Positions 8,927 to 18,330 of a stretch of DNA of 64,000 nt are shown in pieces. Below the pieces are notes generated by a model, which worked only from the letters and a program-made list of their open reading frames with translations, made no database searches and was not told the origin of the DNA. How positions within the stretch are numbered: the first letter of the stretch is position 1; the number at the start of each line of letters is the position of its first letter. Both the position numbers and the translations under genes were made by a program. Source of the DNA: Candidatus Bathyarchaeota archaeon (GTDB lineage Archaea; Thermoproteota; Bathyarchaeia; Bathyarchaeales; Bathycorpusculaceae); NCBI GenBank assembly GCA_963780185.1, contig CAWABA010000006.1, positions 480,001 to 544,000 on the forward strand. The letters are read 5' to 3'.

Positions 8927-9135
8927 CGATCAAATTCGACTAGCCTCGCCCGATGCGACCGCTGCCTAGACCAAAAATAATCAATTAACCTATGAAGATG
9001 CTTCAAAATAAAGTATTTGTTAAGAAGCCTCGTTAAAGAACTTGATAAAAAGATTTTTGCCTGCGAAGTTTTGAAATGCCGAATTAAACAACAGTTTGTT
9101 AAGCCTTAATTCTTTGAGGTTACAGATTATTTTTC

Positions 9136-9975
9136 ATGTTTCAAGTGAAGCTGATGGTCAAGGGCGATTTTGGGTTTGCGACGGAACTCGCCAACACCAT
9201 GGATTGGAACATGGCAGACGAAGACTTCCAATTTATGATTAGTCTGGAACCTGAAGGGTGCTTCGTCGCGTTTGACGGCAGGGAACCCATTGGCATCGCC
9301 ACAAACATCAGTTTCGGCAAGGTAGGCTGGTTCGGGAACCTAATAGTTAAAGAAAAATACCGAAGCAAAGGCGTAGGAAGCCTTCTCGTAAAACACTCAG
9401 TAAACTACCTTCAAACCAAAGGCGCTCAAACTATCGGGCTCTACGCTTACCCCAACCTTGGCAGCTTCTACGGCAAATTGGGTTTCAAAGCCGACGAGGA
9501 TTTCTCGGTTTTGCAGGCAGAAAATTTGCGCATTTTAAATTCCGAGGTTTTGCCGAGAGTGGGAAAGCAGCAGGTCAAGTCAATCGAGGAGTTTGACAGC
9601 CGATGTTTTGGCGGAGACAGGCAGAGGCTGCTTGAATCGATTATTCTTGAAAAAGGCAACTTGGGCTACTTCAAGTCTCAAGGCAACGAAGTTATCGGGT
9701 ACGCCGCGGCTACGGTGTACGAGAAAATGGCTTGGATTGGACCGCTGGTGTGCCGAGAAGGCAGAGTAGACATCGCAGTCTCTCTTCTAAAGGCAGTTCT
9801 GCCCAATTTGGCGGGCAAAAGCGTTTTCACGGTTCTTCCAAAGAAAGAGAAAAGTGTCGCCGACATGCTTTTCAGCGTTGGCTTTAAGGAAGATTTTTCT
9901 GTCTCTAGGATGTTTTTAGGTAAAGCCGTGGCGAAAAATTGTATATACATGGCTGAATCTTTAGAGCGAGGATAA
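9136..9975 (+). CDS. GNAT family N-acetyltransferase (tandem GNAT)
   Basis: LIVKEKYRSKGVG motif A, FYGKLGF, and a second domain with WIGPL. Confidence 0.88.
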   Translation: MFQVKLMVKGDFGFATELANTMDWNMADEDFQFMISLEPEGCFVAFDGREPIGIATNISFGKVGWFGNLIVKEKYRSKGVGSLLVKHSVNYLQTKGAQTIGLYAYPNLGSFYGKLGFKADEDFSVLQAENLRILNSEVLPRVGKQQVKSIEEFDSRCFGGDRQRLLESIILEKGNLGYFKSQGNEVIGYAAATVYEKMAWIGPLVCREGRVDIAVSLLKAVLPNLAGKSVFTVLPKKEKSVADMLFSVGFKEDFSVSRMFLGKAVAKNCIYMAESLERG

Positions 9976-9978
9976 ACC

Positions 9979-11346
9979 TTGATGTGTGAAGATAACAGTA
10001 AAGCTTTGGTTGAAGATTTTCTTAAAAGCTCCATGTCAACTGTGAAAATTCTAGTCAAAAAGCTTTCCACTTTCAAACAGGAAACACGGAGCAGGCAGGT
10101 GACACTGTTCCGTTATGTTGACGGCAAAAAAGTCAGCCAACAGTTCACGAGTAACCAGTTCTTTTTAAGAGGTTCCGTTGAATACACGAATCCCCAGTTG
10201 ACCGTTGAAGAGGTCCAAGGAATCATTGGCACGCGGCTTCTTGAGGCTACGGCAAACTACTTTGACATGGTTGGGCTGCATGAACCCGACAGCGGTGACG
10301 TTTCTCAGCTCTGCGAACGTTTAAAGAAGCCGCCTGAAGGCTACATCGTGCCTTTCTTGCTGAACACTGACGATGTCGAGGCAGACCGTTACTCCATGAA
10401 CCCGCTTAAGCAATCCATCGTTGACAGCGGGCAAAGCGCTTTTCCAGCCGCCTACGTTAAAACAGACAACCTAAAAATTGATGAAGCCTACGCGAAGAAA
10501 TACGATGGTAGCTTGATTTCAAAGGGCGAAACGGAGCTGATAACCAGCAGTCTCAAGTCATCCAATGGTTCGTATTTGGATTTTGTTGATTCAGTAAAGT
10601 ATCAGCAGCTTGAGCCTTTGTCAAAGTTTTTCGGCATGAACCTGTCGTTGTGTTCGCTTCGGATGCCTCTTTCAACTTTGAAGGGGGAAGCCAAAGACGG
10701 GGTTCTGCATCATATCATCGGCGAAAGCCACCGCGGCTACGACTCGGTCAGCGACGCCTACGCCTGCATGGGCAGAAGCATGTCGAACCGCACGACCCTG
10801 CTTACGGTGCCGCATTCAAAGAAAGGCTACGGCTCCAAACGGGCAGCCCGAGGCAAAATACACTTTGAAGGCAACAAGCTTCTCGACGTCGCCGTGAAAT
10901 ACAAAACCACCAAGCTCTACCCTAACGCGATGGATGAGGAGGATGTCGCGGTTGCCCACTGCGATGACAGCTTCGCAGTTGCGGGAGAAAAACTTTCAGA
11001 CTACAGCTATGAAGAGACTCCTTCTTCACCGCAATTCTTCCTGTACTCGATCGGTTCGCCTGAGAACGCGGCTATGTGGCATGGCATCGGCGCCTTCGGT
11101 TCTTCAGGGCTTCTGACCAGTTACACTTCTGCGCATCATGCTTGCATTGAAGGTAGATTAATCAAGAATTTGAACACTAAATACGGCATCAATGTGGAAG
11201 TGCCTTTGCAGTTTAACCTTGCTCCAGAAGGCATGTGGAGCCATCCTATTCACCGAAATATCGACGCAAGCATCGGAAGCATCGAAGACCTCCCAGACTT
11301 GGTGCGCCGTGGAATGAAGATTGAGTATCTTTCAGCTTTCAAATAG
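9979..11346 (+). CDS. Hypothetical protein (~440-455 aa)
   Basis: Long ORF with host-like codon usage; no family recognised; the start may be ATG at 10033. Confidence 0.8.
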   Translation: MMCEDNSKALVEDFLKSSMSTVKILVKKLSTFKQETRSRQVTLFRYVDGKKVSQQFTSNQFFLRGSVEYTNPQLTVEEVQGIIGTRLLEATANYFDMVGLHEPDSGDVSQLCERLKKPPEGYIVPFLLNTDDVEADRYSMNPLKQSIVDSGQSAFPAAYVKTDNLKIDEAYAKKYDGSLISKGETELITSSLKSSNGSYLDFVDSVKYQQLEPLSKFFGMNLSLCSLRMPLSTLKGEAKDGVLHHIIGESHRGYDSVSDAYACMGRSMSNRTTLLTVPHSKKGYGSKRAARGKIHFEGNKLLDVAVKYKTTKLYPNAMDEEDVAVAHCDDSFAVAGEKLSDYSYEETPSSPQFFLYSIGSPENAAMWHGIGAFGSSGLLTSYTSAHHACIEGRLIKNLNTKYGINVEVPLQFNLAPEGMWSHPIHRNIDASIGSIEDLPDLVRRGMKIEYLSAFK

Positions 11347-11360
11347 GAGCGCTGCAGGCT

Positions 11361-11897
11361 TTGACGGCATTTGAATACGCGTTTTTTAGACTTTTGCGGT
11401 TGTTCAGAAAGCTTCCCTTTGACCCGCTTAGCCTTATGAACCAGAAAGTTATTTTCGCGGAGTACTTCAAGGGCTTCGAAAAAAATGCGGCTGTCCGAGG
11501 CATTTTCGGCGAAAAAACCCATGAAGTGCTAAGCCACCTAACCGTGGAGATAAGCTGGATTATGGGTTACATGTACGTGGACGGCAGCGATGGGCACCTA
11601 GTCATAAGCAAAAACTACCTGAACAACGGCGACAAAACCGACATTTACCTTGACCTGATCCATGAGCTTTGCCACGTTAAACAGTTTATGAATGGGAAAG
11701 AACTCTTCGACCCCCGATACGACTACGTTGATAGACCCACAGAAATCGAAGCCTACCGATACGCGGTTAAAGAAGCCAGACGTTTAGGGCTCAGCGAACA
11801 AAGAATCTATTGCTATCTGCGGACCGAGTGGATGAGCGACGACGATTTTTCACGTTTAGCCAATTCGGTGGGCGTCTACGTCTCCAAAGCTTCATGA
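11361..11897 (+). CDS. HExxH zincin-like hypothetical protein
   Basis: LIHELCHVKQ followed by PTEIEAY, a possible third ligand Glu. Confidence 0.72.
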   Translation: MTAFEYAFFRLLRLFRKLPFDPLSLMNQKVIFAEYFKGFEKNAAVRGIFGEKTHEVLSHLTVEISWIMGYMYVDGSDGHLVISKNYLNNGDKTDIYLDLIHELCHVKQFMNGKELFDPRYDYVDRPTEIEAYRYAVKEARRLGLSEQRIYCYLRTEWMSDDDFSRLANSVGVYVSKAS

Positions 11898-13177
11898 TAA
11901 ACCCGCAGCATCTTCTTGGCGCAAAGGTCCCAAGTGAAGTTCTCCGCAACAAACTGTCTTGCGGCAGCACCCATTTTTTCGCGCAAACCCAGGTCGGACA
12001 GAAGCCGCGTCACCGCATCCGCCAACGCGTCGGTGTCCCCGCATTTAACCAGTAGCCCCGTTTCCCCGTTGCGCACGGCTTCGTTGACTCCACCTATGTT
12101 GAAGGCGACCACGGGTTTAGCCGACGATTGAGCTTCAAGCAGCACTATGCCTTGCCCCTCTTGGATTGAGGGCAAAACAAAAACGTCAGCGCAATTGTAC
12201 GCGGCAACAAGCATGTCCGCATTTAAGTTGCCTAGAAACTTGAAGTTCCCCGAAAGGTTCGCAGAGCCCAAGGCGCTGACCAGCTGACTTTTCATTGGTC
12301 CTTCCCCTACAATCAGGAACTGGGCTTTCCCATTTTCTTTCACAATTTTCTCGGCTGCTTTAACCAGAAAAGGCAGACCTTTCCGCGGAATCAGGCTGCC
12401 GACGAAGAGCACGCAGGGCTCATCAGCTAACCCGAACTGCCGCTTAGCCGCCGCAGAGTCACCGAGCGGCTTGAAAACCTCGGGGTCGACGCCGTTTGGC
12501 ACAATCCTTACCTTCGACGCCTCGATGCCGTAGTGTTCCTTTATTTTTTCAAGGGAATAGTTGCTGATCGCCACCACAAGGTTGGCGTTTTTGGCTGTTT
12601 CCTCCTCCAGCTTGGCGAGACGATGCATGAAGTAGTTAGCTGCCCGTCCCCTCAGCGATGCGGAGCCGCTTGTGCGTGCCTGCTCATACTCGTCTGCTAG
12701 TACCCCGTGAACCGTGCTGATAAACGGCTTTTTGATGCCTTGTTTTTTCAGCGTTCTTAAAAGTCCGTACCCGCTTACTGCGTGTGCCTCGTAGACATCG
12801 GCGTCTATGCTTGGAGCTTTTTGGGAGAGGCTTCGGTTAAAGAACCAGTTGTCAAAGGGGAAGAGTCGGTCTGTTGAGTGGCAGGGGACAAAGTTTACGC
12901 CGTTGATGTTGGCGGGTTCTTTGAAGCCTGCTTTGGTGGCGCTGTAAACCGTTATTTCCGCTTCGTTTGCTAATCGTTTCGTAGTTTCGATTATTCGCCT
13001 CTCTACCCCTCCGAAATAGAGTTGGGGCGGCTGAGTGTTTATGACGGCTAACCGAAACTTAACCAAACAATACACCTCTCGGCTTAATGTTAGGCGAGAA
13101 TTCAAATTTAAGTGCATCCCTCGCCTCGTAAAAAATCGGGGCAGGTCAGTCAAGAAACTTTGACTGGGCTTAGTCAA
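11876..13177 (-). CDS. Glycosyltransferase family 4
   Basis: GGVERR, VPNGVD, LFVGSLIPRKG and EGQGIVLLEA; the true start is probably ~110 nt downstream of the ORF start. Confidence 0.93.
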   Translation of the reverse strand: MTKPSQSFLTDLPRFFTRRGMHLNLNSRLTLSREVYCLVKFRLAVINTQPPQLYFGGVERRIIETTKRLANEAEITVYSATKAGFKEPANINGVNFVPCHSTDRLFPFDNWFFNRSLSQKAPSIDADVYEAHAVSGYGLLRTLKKQGIKKPFISTVHGVLADEYEQARTSGSASLRGRAANYFMHRLAKLEEETAKNANLVVAISNYSLEKIKEHYGIEASKVRIVPNGVDPEVFKPLGDSAAAKRQFGLADEPCVLFVGSLIPRKGLPFLVKAAEKIVKENGKAQFLIVGEGPMKSQLVSALGSANLSGNFKFLGNLNADMLVAAYNCADVFVLPSIQEGQGIVLLEAQSSAKPVVAFNIGGVNEAVRNGETGLLVKCGDTDALADAVTRLLSDLGLREKMGAAARQFVAENFTWDLCAKKMLRVYHEALET

Positions 13178-13233
13178 GGAATGTTAACCAAAAGCGATTA
13201 AAAGCAACTTGAACCATCCACAAATGAGCGAAA

Positions 13234-15012
13234 ATGAAGAAAATAACCGCAATATTACTTGCTTTCCTCCTAACCTCCTTAATGATTGGAAGCGCCAAGC
13301 TTGAATTCGCGCGTGCTTCTACGCCTGTAATCGGCATCATCAATTCGGATACCACATGGACAGAAGAGAACAGCCCATACAGCCTCAACGGACCCACAGC
13401 AGTGAACTTAGGGACAACGTTGACAATTGAACCCGGAGTAACGGTGAACTTCAACGGCTACTATATTCAAGTCAACGGCACTTTTGTGGCAAGCGGCAGC
13501 AATTCAGACAAAATTACCTTCAACGATGGAAAAATTACTTTAACTTATGTGAGCAACGGCTGGGACGCCCAGACTGGTTCAGGTAGCCGAATCGAAAACA
13601 GCATTTTAGCCAATACTTCAATATTTAGCGATGACGCCGTAAAGCTAAGCAACGACGAGATAAGTGGTGAAGTCCATGCAGGCAATTATTCAGAGCTCTC
13701 CAACAACAAAATAACAGATAACAATGCGTTCTTTCTGGGCGATTCCTGCAAAGTCGACGGCAACACCTTATCAGGGCAAGTCGTAGTCGGAAATAATGTT
13801 GAATTTTCCCATAACAAAATTGACCTCGCTGAATTAGTTACCGGTGCCTCATGCACAATCGCCTACAACACAATCACTCAACCGCCCCCGTCTAATAGCC
13901 CATTCAGTGGAGTCGCCACTGCTCTGGACGCAGGCGCATCTTCAACAATAACAAACAACGTAATTATGGGAACTATCACTGGGGCACCCTCGGAAATCTC
14001 AGGCAACACAATAGAGGGCGGAGGCAGCTACCGGTCTTACTTCGACACGGATACGGTTGACGTACCCGCGATAAACATAGCTTGTTACACATGCACTTTT
14101 TCGTCTAACCAAATACGAGGAACCGCTGGCACAGCAATACAAGCAAAACAAACAGTATTCACATCAAACAACATATTTGGAAGCGTAGACGTCGCCCAAA
14201 ACTCAATTTTCAAAAGCAACATAATAAACGGAACAATATGCGGCGGAAATTCATTTGTTAATAACAAAATATACGGATACATCAGCTTAGCAGGTGATTT
14301 ATCGAATATTTCGGGAAACTACATAGAAAATGGAGGCGTCAACTGCTGCAATTTCATCGCCCAAATAACCGACAATACTCTTCAAAACAGCAATATCTAC
14401 AACGCAGCCGGAACCATCCTACATAACCTCATAACCGGCGGCGCAGGAATAAGCACAGGCTCAGCTCCCGTAACAATCACTGCCAACACAATAAGCAAAA
14501 ACACCGTAGGAATCTCCGTGGGATCAGCAACCCCAATCATAAATGACAACAACATAGTAGACAACACGCAGAATAGTATTCTTCTGACAGCAAGCGCCGA
14601 CGTCAACGCCTCCAACAATTGGTGGGGGACAACTGACACGAAATCAATAAGCAGCACAATTCATGATTCAAAAAGCGACTTCAACCTAGGCACAGTTAAC
14701 ATCATTCCAATTCTGCAGTCGTCAAACACCGCCGCAGTGCCTGACCCAAACGCAGTCTTGCCGAGCACGAACAACGAACCTACCCAAACGCAGATTACAA
14801 CGTCCACGCCGCTCCCTACGCCAACACAAACCCATGTTCCGTCCCCTTCTTCCAAAAGCGCTCGTGAAACAGCTCAAGGTTCGCTGTCGCCAAGCCAATT
14901 CGTAATAACTGTCTTGGTAGGCGTCATCATTGCTTTGATAATTGTCGTCGCATTTGTTCTGTTGCTTCTGGAGCGAAGCAATGAAAGGCTAAGGGCGAGA
15001 GCCACAACGTAG
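13234..15012 (+). CDS. Secreted right-handed parallel beta-helix protein with C-terminal TM anchor
   Basis: Signal peptide, SDTTWT..SPY, Asn/Ile-rich PbH repeats, NNWWGTTD, Ser/Thr/Pro linker and TM helix. Confidence 0.85.
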   Translation: MKKITAILLAFLLTSLMIGSAKLEFARASTPVIGIINSDTTWTEENSPYSLNGPTAVNLGTTLTIEPGVTVNFNGYYIQVNGTFVASGSNSDKITFNDGKITLTYVSNGWDAQTGSGSRIENSILANTSIFSDDAVKLSNDEISGEVHAGNYSELSNNKITDNNAFFLGDSCKVDGNTLSGQVVVGNNVEFSHNKIDLAELVTGASCTIAYNTITQPPPSNSPFSGVATALDAGASSTITNNVIMGTITGAPSEISGNTIEGGGSYRSYFDTDTVDVPAINIACYTCTFSSNQIRGTAGTAIQAKQTVFTSNNIFGSVDVAQNSIFKSNIINGTICGGNSFVNNKIYGYISLAGDLSNISGNYIENGGVNCCNFIAQITDNTLQNSNIYNAAGTILHNLITGGAGISTGSAPVTITANTISKNTVGISVGSATPIINDNNIVDNTQNSILLTASADVNASNNWWGTTDTKSISSTIHDSKSDFNLGTVNIIPILQSSNTAAVPDPNAVLPSTNNEPTQTQITTSTPLPTPTQTHVPSPSSKSARETAQGSLSPSQFVITVLVGVIIALIIVVAFVLLLLERSNERLRARATT

Positions 15013-15156
15013 GTTACTCTGTTTAACTTCGTTCGCCACTCAATTAAATCCCCCAGTCTCTTCAGTTTCAGCCTGTTCGCCCAGCAGATTAGCCTTTTTT
15101 GCCCAATTACGGGAGCACAAGGAACTTTATACTTTTATATAGTCTCTTGGCTTATT

Positions 15157-18100
15157 TTGCGGGATGGGATGAACGCTGTGTCTGACATCGAAGAAACCCA
15201 AAATGACGCATCAGGTTTACCTGCAAACTACGCGCCTCTTGCTTTGGAGAAGGAAATACGCGAGTTCTGGGTTAAAAACCAAATCCGCGAAAAACTTGAG
15301 CTTATCGAGCAGAACGCTAAGGGCTTTTTGGGGTACGTGGAAGGTCCGCCGACTCTGAACGGTATCCCGCATATTGGGCACGCCCGCGGCAGAGTGATGA
15401 AGGACGTGCGTTATCGTTGGAAAACCATGGAAGGCTTCTACATGCCGTTTTGGGCTGGATGGGACTGCCAAGGCTTACCCGTCGAACTCGAAGTTGAGAA
15501 GCTCCTCGGTGTTCGAAACAAGCGGGAATCCATCGAGAAATACGGGATGGAACGCTTCATTGAAGAATGTAAGAAAGCCATCATGCGTTACCATGCTATG
15601 TGGCTGTTAGCCGATGGGAATCTAGGCGTGTTCATCAACCAGGAGAAGGCTTACTGGACCTACAAAGACAGCTACATCGAGCGAGAATGGCAAATCCTCA
15701 AACGCGCTTGGGACCAAGGGCTGCTAGAAGAAGGCCACTACGTCGTCGCTTACTGCCCCGGCTGCCAAACCAGTCTAAGCAGCGCCGAAGTCGGCTACGA
15801 AGGCAGTTACAAAGAAGTCGAAGACCCATCACTTTACTTCAAATTCAAAGTTGCAGGCAGCAAAAACGAGTTTTTCCTCGTTTGGACAACCATGCCTTTC
15901 ACCATAGTAACCGACACCATGCTTGCAGTTAAGCCAGATGTCGAATACGTGAAAGTGCAGGTTGGCGAGGAAATCTGGATACTGATGAAGCAGCGACTCG
16001 AACCCGTCATGCAAGAACTTGAAATCAGCAAATACCAGATTATCGATTCTATGATGGGGCAAAGCCTGGAAGGAACAGCCTACGATTACCCCTTAAAAGA
16101 CCTCATTCCAAAACAAGCAGAAAACGAAACCAAACATCCCCTCGTGCACCACGTTATCGGGGAAAATTTCGTTGATGTAAACACCGCTACAGGTGTCGTT
16201 CATCTGTCACCTGGGAACGGCGAGGATGACTTTTGGGCAGCCCAACGCCGGGGGGTACCAATCTATGCGCCGTTCGATGATGAAGTCAAGTTTACAAAGG
16301 ACGCTGGAACATTCGTTGGCGTTTTTGCAAGAGACGCAGACAAGCTTGTAGTTGAGGAACTCCGAAACCGCAACGCCTTCGTCAAGGTAGCCATGCAAAA
16401 ACACGAGTACCCAACATGTTGGCGCAGCCACCACAAACTGGTTTGGCTAGCCCGAAAAGAATACTTTTTGCGCACAGACAAACTAAACAGCAAAGTGCTG
16501 CAAGCCGCAGAAAAAGTAGAATACTTCTTTGAAGAACCCAAAAACCGTTTCCTCGGCTTTCTAAAAGAGGGGAAGCCATGGTGCATCAGCCGCGAACGCA
16601 TCTGGGGAACGCCCCTGCCGATTTGGACCTGCGAAAAATGCCGCGAAAAACGGTTAATCGCAAGCAAGAAAGAGCTACTTGACAGTGCACAGGAAGCAAT
16701 CCCGGACAATTTCGAGTTGCATAAGCCGTGGGTTGACCGCGTGACGTTGAAATGCGGTAAATGCGGCGGAAAGATGCGTCGAGAGGACTTCGTGTTGGAT
16801 ACCTGGCATAACAGCGGTGCTTCACCCTACGCGCGTTTCTCCGATGAGGAAGTTGAGAAGTTTGTGCCTACCGATTTTCTGACGGAAGGCATCGACCAAA
16901 CCAGAGGCTGGGCAAATTCTCTGCTGCTTGAACACGTCATCTTAACAGGCAAAGCTGAAGCACCCTACAAGTCGTTCCTGTTCCAAGGGCTCACGCAGGA
17001 TGCAAAAGGCAGAAAAATGAGCAAAAGCTTGGGCAACGTGGTTGAAACCAACAAGCTTCTGGAAAAAAACTCAGCGGACCTTTGCCGATTCTACATGATG
17101 CGAAAATGTTCCTCCACTGACTTCATGAATTTTGACATGCAGGAACTCAACCGCCGCCCCTATCAGGTGCTGTCAACACTGTACCATCTAAGCAGGTTCT
17201 TTCTGCAAAACGCAACCTTCGACGAATTCAGCGCCAACAAATACACGTTGGAGTGGGCTACGAAAGCGGGTAAGCTTGAGGCTGCTGACCTTTGGCTTCT
17301 CTCTAAGCTTCAGGAGAAGATTGAGGATTACACCGCGGAGCTGCAGAGATGCGAATTCAACGCGGCTGTGGCGGTTCTGGATGACTTCGTGATTGAAACC
17401 TTGAGCAGGCTGTATGTGCCTATGATTCGCAAGGAACTTTGGACCGACGAACCTGAAACTTTTGAGCGCCGCCAAACCATCTACGCCCTGCTCCACCACA
17501 CGCTCAAAACGGTGACGTTGCTGTTCAACCCCGTTACGCCCTACCTAAGCGAGGCGCTTTACCAAAAAATCTACCGCCAACTTGAACCCAGCCTGCCTGA
17601 ATCCGTCAACATGGCAGCCTGGCCAACGCCAAACCCGAAACTCCGAGACAAAACCCTGGAAGAACAATTCGACACGCTGCTCACGACTGTTTCAATCGGT
17701 TACGCTGCAAGGCAGCAAGGCAAACTGAAGCGCCGTTGGCCTCTGAGCAAGGCAATTGTTGTGGCGCCGCAAAAAACCTTGGACGCGCTGAAGCATCTGG
17801 AAGCGATATTCTTGGAGTCGTCAAACGTGAAAGCCGTCGAATACGCCACCGAAGTTCCCGAGTACGTTGGAGGCGAAAACTGGGTTTCTTCGCAGATAGA
17901 CGACGTCACCGTGTTCGTTAGCGGGCAAAGGGACGAAAAACTTCTTGGCGAAGGCATAATGCGCGACTTAGCACGCCGCGTTCAAGCGCTCCGTAAAGAA
18001 ATGGGTTTTGTGCCCACCGAAGTCTTGGAGTCCGTACACATCGCCGAGTTAGACGAGGAAAGCATGGGTTTGCTTGAGCCGTATTTGGAGGAGATGGCTG

Positions 18101-18213
18101 GATTGGTAAGGGCAAGAAAAGTATATCTGCATAGCAGCTGCAAAGATGAAGTTGGCGTGGAATGGCATGAATCCGAGTTAGACAACAAAAAAATATACCT
18201 AAACATTCACTAG
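15157..18213 (+). CDS. ileS: Isoleucyl-tRNA synthetase
   Basis: EGPP..NG.PHIGH, GWDCQGLP, WTTMPFT, WCISRER.WG.P, EGIDQTRGW and KMSKS motifs. Confidence 0.97.
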   Translation: MRDGMNAVSDIEETQNDASGLPANYAPLALEKEIREFWVKNQIREKLELIEQNAKGFLGYVEGPPTLNGIPHIGHARGRVMKDVRYRWKTMEGFYMPFWAGWDCQGLPVELEVEKLLGVRNKRESIEKYGMERFIEECKKAIMRYHAMWLLADGNLGVFINQEKAYWTYKDSYIEREWQILKRAWDQGLLEEGHYVVAYCPGCQTSLSSAEVGYEGSYKEVEDPSLYFKFKVAGSKNEFFLVWTTMPFTIVTDTMLAVKPDVEYVKVQVGEEIWILMKQRLEPVMQELEISKYQIIDSMMGQSLEGTAYDYPLKDLIPKQAENETKHPLVHHVIGENFVDVNTATGVVHLSPGNGEDDFWAAQRRGVPIYAPFDDEVKFTKDAGTFVGVFARDADKLVVEELRNRNAFVKVAMQKHEYPTCWRSHHKLVWLARKEYFLRTDKLNSKVLQAAEKVEYFFEEPKNRFLGFLKEGKPWCISRERIWGTPLPIWTCEKCREKRLIASKKELLDSAQEAIPDNFELHKPWVDRVTLKCGKCGGKMRREDFVLDTWHNSGASPYARFSDEEVEKFVPTDFLTEGIDQTRGWANSLLLEHVILTGKAEAPYKSFLFQGLTQDAKGRKMSKSLGNVVETNKLLEKNSADLCRFYMMRKCSSTDFMNFDMQELNRRPYQVLSTLYHLSRFFLQNATFDEFSANKYTLEWATKAGKLEAADLWLLSKLQEKIEDYTAELQRCEFNAAVAVLDDFVIETLSRLYVPMIRKELWTDEPETFERRQTIYALLHHTLKTVTLLFNPVTPYLSEALYQKIYRQLEPSLPESVNMAAWPTPNPKLRDKTLEEQFDTLLTTVSIGYAARQQGKLKRRWPLSKAIVVAPQKTLDALKHLEAIFLESSNVKAVEYATEVPEYVGGENWVSSQIDDVTVFVSGQRDEKLLGEGIMRDLARRVQALRKEMGFVPTEVLESVHIAELDEESMGLLEPYLEEMAGLVRARKVYLHSSCKDEVGVEWHESELDNKKIYLNIH

Positions 18214-18330
18214 CCCTGACTCACCTTTATTTTAAAGCTCTGAAGTGAGAATTTTCGCATTAACTCTCCTGCAGAGCAACGTTTTTAGCGCAGTTAGCGG
18301 TTGCTTTTTGCTTCAATGGAGAGGAGTATC

